Shown here: one piece after another, positions 22,301 to 33,919 of the stretch
Numbering within the stretch: position 1 is the first letter of the stretch
Layout: the number at the start of each line of letters is the position of its first letter
Source: Azolla caroliniana
Lineage: Eukaryota > Plantae > Polypodiophyta
Assembly: GCA_043228905.1 (NCBI GenBank)
Contig: JBHGNT010000017.1
Location: 8,308,001 to 8,372,000 of the forward strand
Direction of reading: 5' to 3'
DNA length: 64,000 bases
Translations under genes and position numbers: made by a program
The notes under the pieces: model-generated
Databases searched by the model: none
What the model was told of the DNA's origin: nothing
The model's input: only the letters and a program-made list of their open reading frames with translations

Positions 22301-25150
22301 ACGATTCCGGACTCTCATCCTGAGTCCACGTTTCATCATCCTCTACTTGGGCCGGTTTAGGCTCACTAGCCTCATCCAACGGCATCGGGTCAGATTCGGA
22401 AGTTGGAGTCGGTAAGGAGTACCACGATGCCGATTCATCAAACTCGATATCTCGACTAACTCGGACCTGCTTTGTCCGGGGGTTATAACACTTATAACCC
22501 TTTTGCTCTTGAGCATAGCCGACTAGGATGCATTTTTCCGATTTTGCATCCAACTTCCTCCGCTTCTCATCCGGTACATGCACATATGCAATGCTACTGA
22601 AGATCTTAAGGTGTCTCAAATTCGGCTTCCGCCCGAAATATAGCTCGTGAGCTGACACCTTGTCACCAATCCGGTTCTGGATGTAGACAGTTGTTCGGAC
22701 TGCCTCCACCCAGTAGAATTTGGGCATGCTCTTCTCCTCCAGCATTGCCATTACCGCATCAATAAGCGACCGGTTCTTCCTCTCGGCAACACCGTTCTGT
22801 TGCGGTGTGTATCTGCAACTGAACTCTCGCCGAATTCCCATTTGTTGCAGATAATTGTTGATTTGGCCGGAAAAGTATTCTTTCCCGCCATCCGACCGCA
22901 GGCATTTGATCTTCCTCTCCGATTCCCATTCCACTATGCTTTCGAGAATCCGGAAACACTCGAAGACTTCACTCTTCCGCTCAATGAGGTAGATCCATGT
23001 GTGCCGCGTATAGTTGTCGATGAAGGAGACGAAATATCGACTCCCGCCAAGACTAACATTCTGTGCCGGTCCCCACATATCCGAATGGATTAGGTCGAGC
23101 TTGTGACAGCTCCGGTTACATTCGGTAGGGAATGGAAGCCGGTGTTGCTTCCCGCGTTGGCAGGCTTCACATACTTGGGCCTTCCCGCCGCTGAACTTCG
23201 GCAAACCGAAAACAACTTGTTTCGTTTGCAGGTCTTGAAGCCTCCGGTAATTGACGTGGCCTATCCGCTTGTGCCACAGGTCGATGTCTGATTCGAGCTT
23301 CTGTTATTTTGCAAATAGAGTGGTGCCAACGTCATTGGTGTCGAGGATAAACATCCTCCCGTCTCTTCGCCCTTGCGCAATAATCTGGCCCTCTTTCTCG
23401 ATGAAGCACCCAAGGTGCGTAAACCGCACCTACATCCCTTGGTCGACGATCTGTCCGACTGACACCAGGTTCTTCGTGATTGTAAGAACATGTAATATGT
23501 TCATCACCTTCCCCTTCTATCCGACGTGGTTCAAAGGGACTTCTCCGACGTGCACGATTGCGTGAGGAGTGTCGTCTCCAGTTTCGACTACTCGTGGTTG
23601 ATCCGGTTTCTCCAAAAAGGAGAACCACTCTTTGTGGCTCGTCATGTGGTTCGACGCACCAGAATCAACATACCACAGTTCCTCCGATTTGGAAGTGATC
23701 TTCTTCATTGAGTTCGCCTCGTGCTTCATCACCAAGGCTGGCCCATTACCGTTCTTGGATCCTCCCGATCCCTTCGCGTAGTGCGAGCTTTGCCGGCCAT
23801 CCTTGCTGGCCTTGCCGGATCCGGATTTGTCCGAATCGGCGCACTTTCTCCAGCACTCGCTTTCTCTGTGGCCCTTCTTGCCACAGTACCAGCATTCCAT
23901 TGCAGATTTGTCTTGCCGGCCTCCGGCATCGCCTTGACTCCCCCTGCCTATGGAAGTCCCGGAACTGCTATCGCCATCGTTCTTGCTCTTGCCGGCCGCC
24001 TTCAGTGCGTGCCGACCCACCTCGTCCACCACGCCCACAGGACCGATCCGCCTCCGTGTACAACATCCGGCTGTCAGTGGGTGCATTAGTTGATGCACCG
24101 GCGTGGTTCTCCTCTACAAGGAGCATTGACTATAAGTCGAAAAATGACGGCGTATTCTCCCTTGTACACACCGCCGTTCAGAACGCTCTGAACTTAGACG
24201 CCAGGCCCCCAAGACAGACCTGTACCATCTCATCTGCCTTGAAGGTAACGTTGATAGAGGCAAGTGAGTCACAGATCTCTTTGATCCGGGCCGTGTAATC
24301 CGCCACCGACATGCCCTTCTGTCGGACATTGCTCAACTCCTGTCGGAGTTGCAGCTTCTGGGCTGTAGTGCTCGCAGCGAAAACCTTCTTCAGGTTCCCA
24401 CAAGCCTCCTTTGGCGTCTTGGCATCTTGGATGTGGCTCAACATCTGGTCTCTGACACCGGACGCGAAGCAGTACATCATTCTGCTTGCCGATTGTTCCC
24501 ACACTGGGAAGTCCTTATGTGCCGCATCAGGTGTGGTTTTATTGGCTCCTTTGACAAAACTCCAGTAGCCATGCCCAAGCAGGTACTGGTGCATCTTGTA
24601 CGACCAAGATGCGTAGTTGGATCTGTCGAGTTTCTCCATAGGGAGTAAGCTAGCCATCACTCTATCCATCACTTCTATGTCTGTTGTTCTTACGACCTGT
24701 TAGGGTTTGCTTTCAAGCGTTTGTTTGTTGATACCATGTGAACGATTACTTGCGAAAGCATTAGAAAACAGAGAAAGTAGAGAGTACACAGAGTACACGG
24801 GAGAGGTAGAGAGAGTAGAACGTAAAAGCTCTATTCAAAACAATATAATCACTCTGTACATACAACTATGCTCAGTAGCGCTATTTATACAAGTCCTCGT
24901 GGGAGTGACAGAAGTACCGTGTACTTCAATGCTCACACGAGCATCTGACACTTACTACTACACTATAATTGCCTAGTAGTCTAAAATAATACTAGGCTTC
25001 CGATTACCGATTGGATCCGGCTAACCAGCTCCCCAGCTCACCGTCTCTGTTGTTTGCTGGCTCGGTTGCTCACCGGCTTACCGATCCGTCTCGCTCACCG
25101 GCTCAAGCTTATCCAGCCGATCCGGCTCCAGTTGAGCTTGCCACACAACA
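19320..25150 (-). mobile_element. Full-length decayed copia A4 inserted in the A3 integrase, TSD CACTT
   Basis: LTRs 24737-25150 and 19320-19758; CACTT at 19315-19319 and 25151-25155; PBS truncated (TGGTATCA only); PPT at ~19759-19769. Confidence 0.93.
19903..24672 (-). pseudogene. gag-pol: A4 gag-pol with stops and frameshifts
   Basis: gag 24178-24672, CCHC/PR 23517-24098, INT 22146-23204, RT 21145-21930, RNase H plus extension 19903-20943. Confidence 0.9.
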
Positions 25151-26382
25151 CACTTGATCTTCCTCTCCGTTTCCCATTCAATTAGGCTTTGCAGGTTCTG
25201 AAAACAATCGAAGACTTCGCTCTTCCGCTCAATGAGGTAGATCCATGTGTGCCGGCTGTAGTCGTCAATGAAGGAGACGAAGTATCGACTCCCGCCAAGA
25301 CTAACGTTCTGTGCCTGTCCCCATACATTCGAATGAATAAGGTCGAGCTTGTTACGGCTACAGTTTTGTTCGGTGCGGAATGGAAGGCGGTGTTGCTTCC
25401 CGAGTTGGCAGGCTTTACATATTTGGGCCTTCTGGCCATTGAACTTCAGCAAACTGAAAACAACTTGTTTCTTTTGCAGGTATTGAAGCCTTCGGTAATT
25501 GACGTGGCCGATCCGCTTGTGTCGGAGATCAATATCCGATTCAATCTTCTATCCTTTGGCGAACAAAGCGGTGCCGACGTCATTGGTGTCGAGGATGAAC
25601 ATCCTCCCATCTCTGTGCCCTTGTGTAATAATCTGGCCCTCTTCCTCGATGAAGCACCCAAGGTGCATAAAGTACACCTACATCCCTTGGTCAACAATCT
25701 GACCGACTGACACTAGGTTCTTCGTGATAGTTGAAACATGTAATGCGTTCATCAACTTCCCCCTCTGTCTCACGTGTCTCAAAGGGACTTCTCCGATATG
25801 CACGATTGGGTGAGGATTGTCGTCTCCGGTTTCGACGACTCCCGGTTGTTCCGGTTTCTCCAAGAAAGAGAACCATTCTCTGTGGCTCGTCATGTGATTC
25901 GACGTACCGGAATCAATGTACCACACTTCCTCCGATTTGGAAGTGGTCTTCTTCATCAAGTTAGCCTCTTGTTTCATCACCAAAGCTGACCCTTTACCGG
26001 CTTTTCCGGTTTTCGATCCTCCCGATCCTTCTACGTAGTGTGAGTATTGCCGGTTCTTTCTACTGGCCTTGCCGGATCCGGATCTGTCTGAATCAGCGCG
26101 CTTCTTCCAACACTCGCTTTCTCTGTGGCCCTTTTTACCATAGTACCAAGTACCAACATTCCGTGTTGGCCTTTGCTTGCCGGCCTCCAGCACCGCCTTG
26201 ACTCCCCCTTCTTGTGGAGGGTTCAAAATTGTTGTCGGCACGTTCTCTATGCCTTCGGTCCTTCTCTTGCTGGCCGCTACCATTGCGAGCCGACCCGCCT
26301 CACCCACCACACCCACGGGGCTGATCCACCTCCGTGTACAACATCCGGCTGTCGGTGGGTGCACTTGTTTACACACCGGCGT

Positions 26383-27219
26383 TGTCGTACACTACGTGAA
26401 AAACTTATAAAGTACCGATTTAATAAATATGAATAAATAGTAGAAAATATTAAAATATATATAACATGCATAGGGCAAGATTCGAACCTTGCACCTTCAT
26501 GTTAATAATGTAATGTCTTACCATTACACTAGCATTTCATTAATGTTCAAAAATAGATGTTCCACATAGAAAGGTTAGTTCAGCTAGGATAAACTTTAGT
26601 TAAAAGAAAACACATGCTAAAAGAAAAAGCTACGCATGCACATCTAGCGTGCATGAACGCTATAGTTGATAAAAAACGCACAAGTTAGAAAAAACATGAT
26701 CACTTTAGTTAAAGCATATAGTCTATCTATAGGAAAAGCATGGAGTCTATAGTTAGAGAAAAAAAAAGCATGGATTCCTAAGACTCCCTCATCACTACAT
26801 AAGGATGGGGAGCACAATGTAATAGGGTGTGTGAAATATTTGGGAAATTGGATATATTTCCTAAAACACCAATAATAAAATAGAATCGTGGGATTCACGA
26901 AGTTTTATATAATCTATCTCTTTCAATCTAAATTCATATTCTTACATAAATATTGATTAATGTAATACTTGTGGGATTCACAAGGTTTGATCTCTTTTCT
27001 CAATCTACTCTAATCTATTCTAAACTATTTTAATTTATTATTACGATTAAGATAAACTAAAACAATTATACTTGTGGGATTCACAAGTTTCTATATCTCT
27101 TTCTTATAATCTATTCATATTCATAACTAGATTAGCCTCAAATTCTTCCTCCTCCTAGTCCAAAACCCCGGTGGTTCCCACCCGACTCACGCAACAATCT
27201 GGAGCCAAAAGGCACGACA
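26383..27219 (+). repeat. AT-rich solo LTR (837 bp), D/E-lineage termini, degenerate 4-bp TSD GCGT/ACAT
   Basis: TGTCG...CGACA; U5 motif CCTAGTCCAAAACCCCGGTGGTTCCC; empty site in A4 (~24097) reads CACCGGCGTGGTTCTCC. Confidence 0.72.
26468..26535 (-). other. tRNA-derived / Pol III A-box + B-box-like segment inside the solo LTR
   Basis: Minus strand GCTAGTGTAATGGTAAGAC...GCAAGGTTCGAATCTTGC; no convincing acceptor or anticodon stem. Confidence 0.55.
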
Positions 27220-27518
27220 ACATGATTCTCCTCTACAAAGAGCATCGATTGTAAGTCGAAAAATGACGGCGTATTCTCCCTTGTACATACCGCCGTTCGG
27301 AACGCTCTGAACTTAGACGCTAGGCCCCCAAGACAGATCTGCACCATCTCATCTTCCTCTATAGTGACGTTGATAGAGGCTAGTGAGTCACAGATCTCTT
27401 TGATTCAGGCCGTGTAATCGGCTACCGACATGTCCTTCTATCGGACATTGCTCAACTCCTGTCAGAGTTGCAGCTTCTGGGTCGTAGTGCTTGCCGCGAA
27501 AACCTTCTTCAGGTGTCC

Positions 27519-27925
27519 CCAAGATTCTTTTGGCGTCTTGGCATCTCGGACATGGCTCAACAGCTGGTCTCTGACACTGGACGCAAAGTAGTGCATCACT
27601 CTGCTTGCCGCTTGTTCCCACACTGGGAAGTCCTTGTGTGTCACATCAGGTGCTGTGTCGTTAGCTCCGTCGACATAGCTCCAGTAACCATGCCCAAGCA
27701 GGTACTGGTGCATCTTGTATGCCAAGCTTCTTCTGGCGTCTTGGCATCTCGGACATGGCTCAACAGCTGGTCTCCGAAACTAGATGCAAAGTAGTACATC
27801 ACTCTGCTTGCCGCTTGTTCCCACATTGGGAAGTCATTGTGTGCCGCATCAGGTGCTGTGTCGTTAGCTCTGTCGATATAGCTCCAGTAACCATGCCCAA
27901 GTAGGTACTGGTGCATCTTGTATGA
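27519..27925 (-). repeat. ~203-bp imperfect tandem duplication of the gag 5' region in A3
   Basis: YKMHQYLLGHGYW...DAKTP is encoded twice (ORFs 27641-27994 and 27462-27725). Confidence 0.9.
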
Positions 27926-28519
27926 CCAAGATGCGTAGTTGGATCTGTCGAGCTTCTCCACCGGGAGTGAGCTAGCCATTCCTCTGTCCATCACTTCTCT
28001 TCCTGTTCTTACCAGGTCTTAGGGTTTGTCTTCAGATGCTGATGTCGGTTGTAGAGGTTCTCAACCCTCGCGCTCTGATACCATGTAAAAACAAAGGATG
28101 CGGAAGCTTTAGAAAACCAACTTAGCCGAATAGCAACAGAGAGAGAGAGATTACCACACAAAAGGTATGCAGGAGAGACAGAGAAAGAGAAAGAGCAGAG
28201 CATCTTAAACTTAAATCTATTGTCCGAAATTTTGTAGAATTCTCTGTACATACAACATGCTCAACAACACTATTTATACAAGTCCTAAGAGGACTGAGAG
28301 AAGTATGGTGTACTTCAATGCTCATACGAGCGTCTAAAAATAACTACGAGACATTAACTACCTAGTATTCTAGGCTGCTACTAGACTTCCGGTTACTGCT
28401 TGATCCGGCTAACCGGCTCTCTAGCTCACCGGCTCACCGATCCGACTCATCCTTCCGGATGCCGATCCGGCTCAGGCTTATTTAGCTGATCCGGATCCGG
28501 TTGAGCTTGCCGCTCAACA

Positions 28520-28846
28520 AGTATAAATACACCAAGGGCAAACAAAGATAGAGAGAGATAGATGTGTGATCCTCTTTAGTGTAGCATAATAGAGAGGAGT
28601 GTGTGTGTAAGAGCGGGAGAGAGTGAGCGGCGCCATAGCTGAGTTTAGTAACAACATACGCCAAGAGCCCTGAGAGGTTGTTTACACTCTGTGTAGGGAG
28701 TGTTATACTCTAATCTCGCTGTTGTATATCCAATGTATAGTGAAGCTCTGTTCTCCGTGGTTTTCTCCCGCTATAGGGTTTCCACGTTAAATCTGTGTAT
28801 TTCAGCATACTCCTTTGCTAGAGGATTGACGATTTGTTTCTCAACA
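28520..28846 (+). repeat. 3' portion of the C 5' LTR
   Basis: Homologous, though diverged, to ~51293-51640; ends TCAACA. Confidence 0.8.
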
Positions 28847-29562
28847 AACTGTTAGGAAATAGGTCCCTCCGGATGGGAAGTGGGAAGACCCGGTGAGAAC
28901 CGGATGAGGAGTACCCGGAAACGGAAGACCCGATGAGAACCGGATGAGGAGTACCCGGCTACGGAAGACCCGGTGAGAACTGGATGTGGTGTACCCGGCA
29001 AGCGCCGGATGACGAGTACCCGGCTACGGAAGACTCGGTGAGAACCGGATGAAGTGTGCCCGGCAAGCGCCGAATGATGCAGGCCCGGTGAGAAGTGCTC
29101 ACCGGATGAAGGGACATATTTGTAAATAACCGAAAAGTCATATTAGTATAAATATGACTTAGGGCAAACAGAGAATAGAGATGTTGTTGTTATTCTTGTT
29201 GGCGCAAGATTAGTGTGCGCAACTGGGTACAGAAAGAAAGAAAGAAAAGAAAGAAAGATATATTAACGTCTTCTAAGGCCAAATTTGGCCCATGAGACAA
29301 TTGGGTTACAACAAAAATGAGTGTTTATCCAATCATCAAAACTAAAATAAAAGAAAATAGCTTAAGCTAAGAAATTTCTAGTAGTGTGCAAAACTTTGCA
29401 CTAGGTCTAATCTCATTTCCACCCAAGTCTCTCAAAAAGAAGTGGGAGGTCAAAAGTTTTTGGTGTGTGTGTGACCCATGGTCCCGATGCATAGAGTGCC
29501 CTAGCCATGGCTTCTAGACGGTGTAGTTCACATTCCCTTATTTTCTTTATTGCTTCTACATC

Positions 29563-32500
29563 TCATCGAGTTGCTTTGAAACTCGGCATCCGAGGGCGTT
29601 TGGTTCTTCTTTGATTTTCTGCTTCATCAAGGAAAAGCCCGAGTGGTGCAGGTGTGTCGACATTCATTGTCTCCCCCTGTTCCTGAAAAACTTCATTTGT
29701 TATATGTTGGTAAACATTAGCAACATTATTATCAAGGTTTTGTAATTTATTCTCTCTGTCTTGTTTCAATTCTAAGATGTATCTACCTAATTTCTTTATA
29801 TCTAGTGTATCTAATAGTTTAGGGAGGGTGGGAGACGAACCAAGTATGTCTTGGTATTTTGCCCTTATCTCGGCATAGGTGGGGCATTTGCATGTAAAAT
29901 GGTACTCATCCTCTATCTCTATGTGGCATAACCTACATATCCTTTCCTCCCTAGGGACTCCATTAGTACGTCCATTCTCAATCTCAATTTGGTGAGATGA
30001 TATTCTAAGTTGACCAATGGCAACCCTTAGTGCATGTGGTAACAGTACATCTAGATATTTTGGGCGCGTGATAAAACCTAACTCAGAGAAGTGCATAAAG
30101 TGTTCCTTATAGTACGACATTTTAGATGGGAGTGGCTCTAGTGGGGTGATCCATTTATACCGAGTATAAATTTGCCATATTTCTTGGCGTATTACTTTAT
30201 TATGGTCCTCATGAGAGATTAAAGTGTTATCAGTCGTGTGGTCGTACTTAACCGGGGGGAGGTTATTAATGTTTAGACCGTTGGCAAGAAGCCAACTCAC
30301 CATCATGCCATACCATGAGCTAGTATAGCCGGACTCATACAGTGCTCGAGAAGCCTTAAAGGCTTGGTGGGATATTCTATCAAGTGGTTGGTTATGTATC
30401 CTGTGGATAAAGACTACAAGTTGAAAAAGTGCTTCTACTAACATAGGGGGTAGAGTGAACTCAGCCCTAATAATGTCATGTGGGACCGACGATTTGCTTC
30501 AGAGTTGGCTTGATAACATCATCACCAATGGTCTCTCTAATTGCATCCACATGAAAGATGGTAGTCCTGGAGCCCAAACCGCTGATGCATACATGAGAGA
30601 GGGAGTCACTAATGAGTCAAAGAGCCACCCTTTAGTTCGTGGCTCTTGGAAGTATGCTTGGTGGCATTGTCTCTCGAGGAGTGAGAGGGATGCATGTCCT
30701 CTTGTAAGTCTATCCTTCACTGCTTATGTCATCAAAAATTTACCTGAGCGGGCACTGAAAGTGACTCCGAGATAGACATATGATCCAACCACCTCAACTG
30801 GGCTATGGGAGATAGTTAGGTGACACTTAGCTCTAACTTGGGCCGACGTGTGGAAGATAAGGACTTTAGTTTTCCCTAGATTCACTACCAATCCTCGTTG
30901 TGTGCAAAAGTCATCTAAGGCATTAAGGTGCCTTTGTAGGTCATGTTCGGATTTAGAGAGCAAAACTATGTCGTCTGCATAGAGCAAGATACGCACCTGC
31001 GTATCCCCAAGGACTACTCCATTGCCTCCCTTACGAGCAATAAAATCTATGATCTCATCAATGTAGATCCCAAAAAGAGTCGGAGATAAGGCACAAGCTT
31101 GTTTTACACCACTAGTGCTAGTGAAACTATCGGATATGCCGCCTGGGCATCGAACACACCCGGACACTTGTTCATATAGTGCGTAGATGGCCCAAACCAT
31201 GTCATCTGGTATCCTCAAGCTCTTAAGCCTATCAAACAACCCGCTCTCTAGGGACCGTGTCAAAGGCTTTGCGGAAGTCCAACAATATAGTTTCTTCTTG
31301 CGAGCCTTAGTCTGGTCAATTAAGCATCTAAGTGTGAAGATATGATCAATAGTGGAGAAGGCTCGTCTAAAGCAGCCTGTTCAGGTGCACGAAGATTTAA
31401 GGTCTCCATATACTCACTAAGCTCTGCCTCCATTACTGCACCATATAATTTAGCAAGGGTATGACCTATCATAATGGTCCTATAAGTATTTGGCTCCATG
31501 GGGTCCCCCCCATTATGTATGGGGGCCACTGTGTTCATGGTCCATTGTGGTGGAAAACCCTTTGCGAGGGCACGATTGAAGATTAGAGTTAGCAAGGGAG
31601 CTAGGCACTCTCTCACATATATGATGTGTTCTGCTCGCAATCCTGTGTGGTCCATGGACTTCCTATGTTGTAATTTCTTTATGACCTTCGTGACCCTAGA
31701 GGTCGTGAAGAGTGTCGCCACAGTAGGTCGGGGTGTAGAAGGCATTGGAATGGGTGGTTGGTTTGGGATTTGGTAAAGTCTCTCTGTATAAGTGTGCCAA
31801 GTTTCGGGATCTTCGATGGGTGTTTGTGTTCTTGGTTCCCTTAATCTCTTCCATGTAGTGGCACAATCGCTACTCATGAGCATATGGTAGAGTTCCCAAT
31901 ATTGGGATGCCTCCCATGATCGTCTCTTACGACGTGTCATCTTGCGCACTTCTTTACGAGCTTGTACTGAGGTAATACTACCTCTGAGTTGCGATATTGT
32001 AAGTTGTCTATGTAAGCACCTACAATCCTCATCATACCATCTATTTTGTGGCATAGATCCTACTTTACCTTGATTGGAGTGTTTCGTGTATGGGAAACTG
32101 CTAACTGCTGCAGAGTGAAGGATGTGTGTGAATTTCGTACTAAGGCTCTCTAAAGGTAGGGAGGGATCAAGGGAGGAGAGATGGGCTTGAACATGTCGAG
32201 CATATATGTCAGAGAGCTCATGTGTGAAATGTATTGTGATGTCATGGCGTGGTTGACTAGAGTTGGTGACGTTAGAGATATCGCATTTTATCTCGAAGTA
32301 TAAGAAACTATGGTCCGCGCCAATAGGACATGGGGCCACTCGGAAGGAGTTAATCATGTGGGTAGCTTCAGGGCGTCCTATTAGATAATCGACTGTGCTT
32401 TCCCCTCCTCCATGTGGGAAACATGTGAGCTCTTCCGAACCTGGCCACTTGGCTAAACCATTATATATGACCATCTGGTGCCGACTACCGAGTTCGAGCA

Positions 32501-33146
32501 AATGATGGCCAAAGCTCGTGGCGTCCGCACCTTGATCCTTTGATCTACGTGTGGTGTCTATGTCTGAATCGACATTTACCATTTCTAGGTTTCTATTCAT
32601 TTGAAATATTGTGCATTGTCGGGATTGGGTTCTCACATTAAAGTCTCCTACAAGGAATACTTCTCCTTGGGAAGAATATCGGATTATGTCATCCGATAGA
32701 GGTTCATATGGGGAAGGCCCATGTGGCACTCCGTCATCAACTAATCTCGCCTCGCCAACCAGATTATAACAAGAGCCTTTCGGGGGAAAGTAACAAATGG
32801 CGAAAAATACTGCCTTGTCCTTGCTTGTGGAGACTTTCAGCCACATAAAACGAGCTTCTGGGTCTGTGCTCAATATTTCTATCCTATTATGTAGCTCCCT
32901 CCGAAACAATATTGCGACACCTCCAGATCCCTTGGTAGTGCATCGATGTGAGGTTTGTCTAAAAGCCGACTCCCAACGAAATCCTTCGACTCGTGGGAGT
33001 CCCCTATTTGGGCTTTGGTGTGTTTCTACTACGCAAACTATATCTGATTCCTTTAATATCCCCTCTAGGCGGCTGGGGTGTGTCCAGAGTGCACCGTTAC
33101 AATTCCATAAGGTCATCCTAAGTGTGTTTTCTGTCACATGGGCCAC
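29563..33146 (-). pseudogene. LINE ORF2: AP endonuclease, RT and C-terminal CCHC, frameshifted
   Basis: WNCNG, GDFN, STVDY, ADH (APE); GVKQACALSP, LLYADD, YVYLG (RT); CRLC...EDEYHFTCKC. Confidence 0.9.
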
Positions 33147-33874
33147 ACACCATCAATTAGTAGTGCGATCATTTATGATCACTCGCCCATCTCGATAAAA
33201 GGCGCGATGCTCGTCTTTATGAGCTGGCATAACCTTTGGCATACAACTCTTGCGATGCTCAATTTGCATCTTGGTGAGGTCTTCATCGAGATAGATAGGA
33301 TCCCCACCCAATCCTCGAAGAATAGGTCTCTTCTTAAAGAAAGTGATTCTAGAGTCTAAGTCTTTAAATTGAAGAACTAAGGCTCTCTTCCTAGTTTTGT
33401 CGCGTACGGCCCTCCAAGCTTTGGTGATAGGTAGGGTCATTGTGTACCTGTTACCGGCCGGCAAGGAGTCCAAAATACGGAGTGAAGGAATTAATTAGAT
33501 ATGGTTGTAAATGAGCATAGTGTGGACGGACGGACTGGAAACGGTATGCCGTTCCAGATCCGGACGGATCCCGAATAGGTGCGAGAGGCACCGTTTTGTA
33601 CTACGGGCCGGAAACCTATTTAAAGGCCCGGACCCCATTGTAATCGCAGCGGATAATTAATAGAGCTTATGATGTTTATACTTCTGTCTTGATTTCCGTT
33701 CTGTAATTACTGTTATATCTTACGCGTGTAATTAACCAAAGCATTCTAATCGTGTAACCTACGTAAGTTGGTGTAATCGTTGAATCTTAATTCTATGCCG
33801 TAATCACCCTTTGGTGAAGTGTCTCCGTGACACCTTGTGTTAGGCCTTGTCCGGCTAAGCGAATAACACAGTTT

Positions 33875-33885
33875 TGGCGACCACG
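33875..33885 (+). promoter_or_regulatory. PBS of F, probably tRNA-Arg type
   Basis: TGGCGACCAC 6 nt after the LTR end; matches the ...GTGGTCG-CCA end of plant tRNA-Arg(TCG) as I recall it. Confidence 0.6.
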
Positions 33886-33919
33886 ATTCCTGCTTTCTCA
33901 CAGCGAACGACGGTAATGG

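Larger units (their letters stand above)
15925..28519 (-). mobile_element. Copia A3 (5' LTR 28084-28519, iMet PBS 28072-28083), 3'-truncated; hosts A4 and two solo LTRs
   Basis: TGGTATCAGAGC on minus; gag 27994-27220, PR ~25700-26376, INT 25156-25450 resuming at 19319, RT 16435-17400, RNase H 15925-16311. Confidence 0.88.

Noticed and set aside
26468-26535. Functional tRNA gene
   Set aside because: No complete cloverleaf; only A/B-box-like parts are recognisable.
26381-27221. MITE with GTTGTCGT terminal inverted repeats
   Set aside because: Would have no TSD; TG...CA ends, the shared U5 motif and a degenerate 4-bp TSD fit a solo LTR better, though a MITE is not fully excluded.
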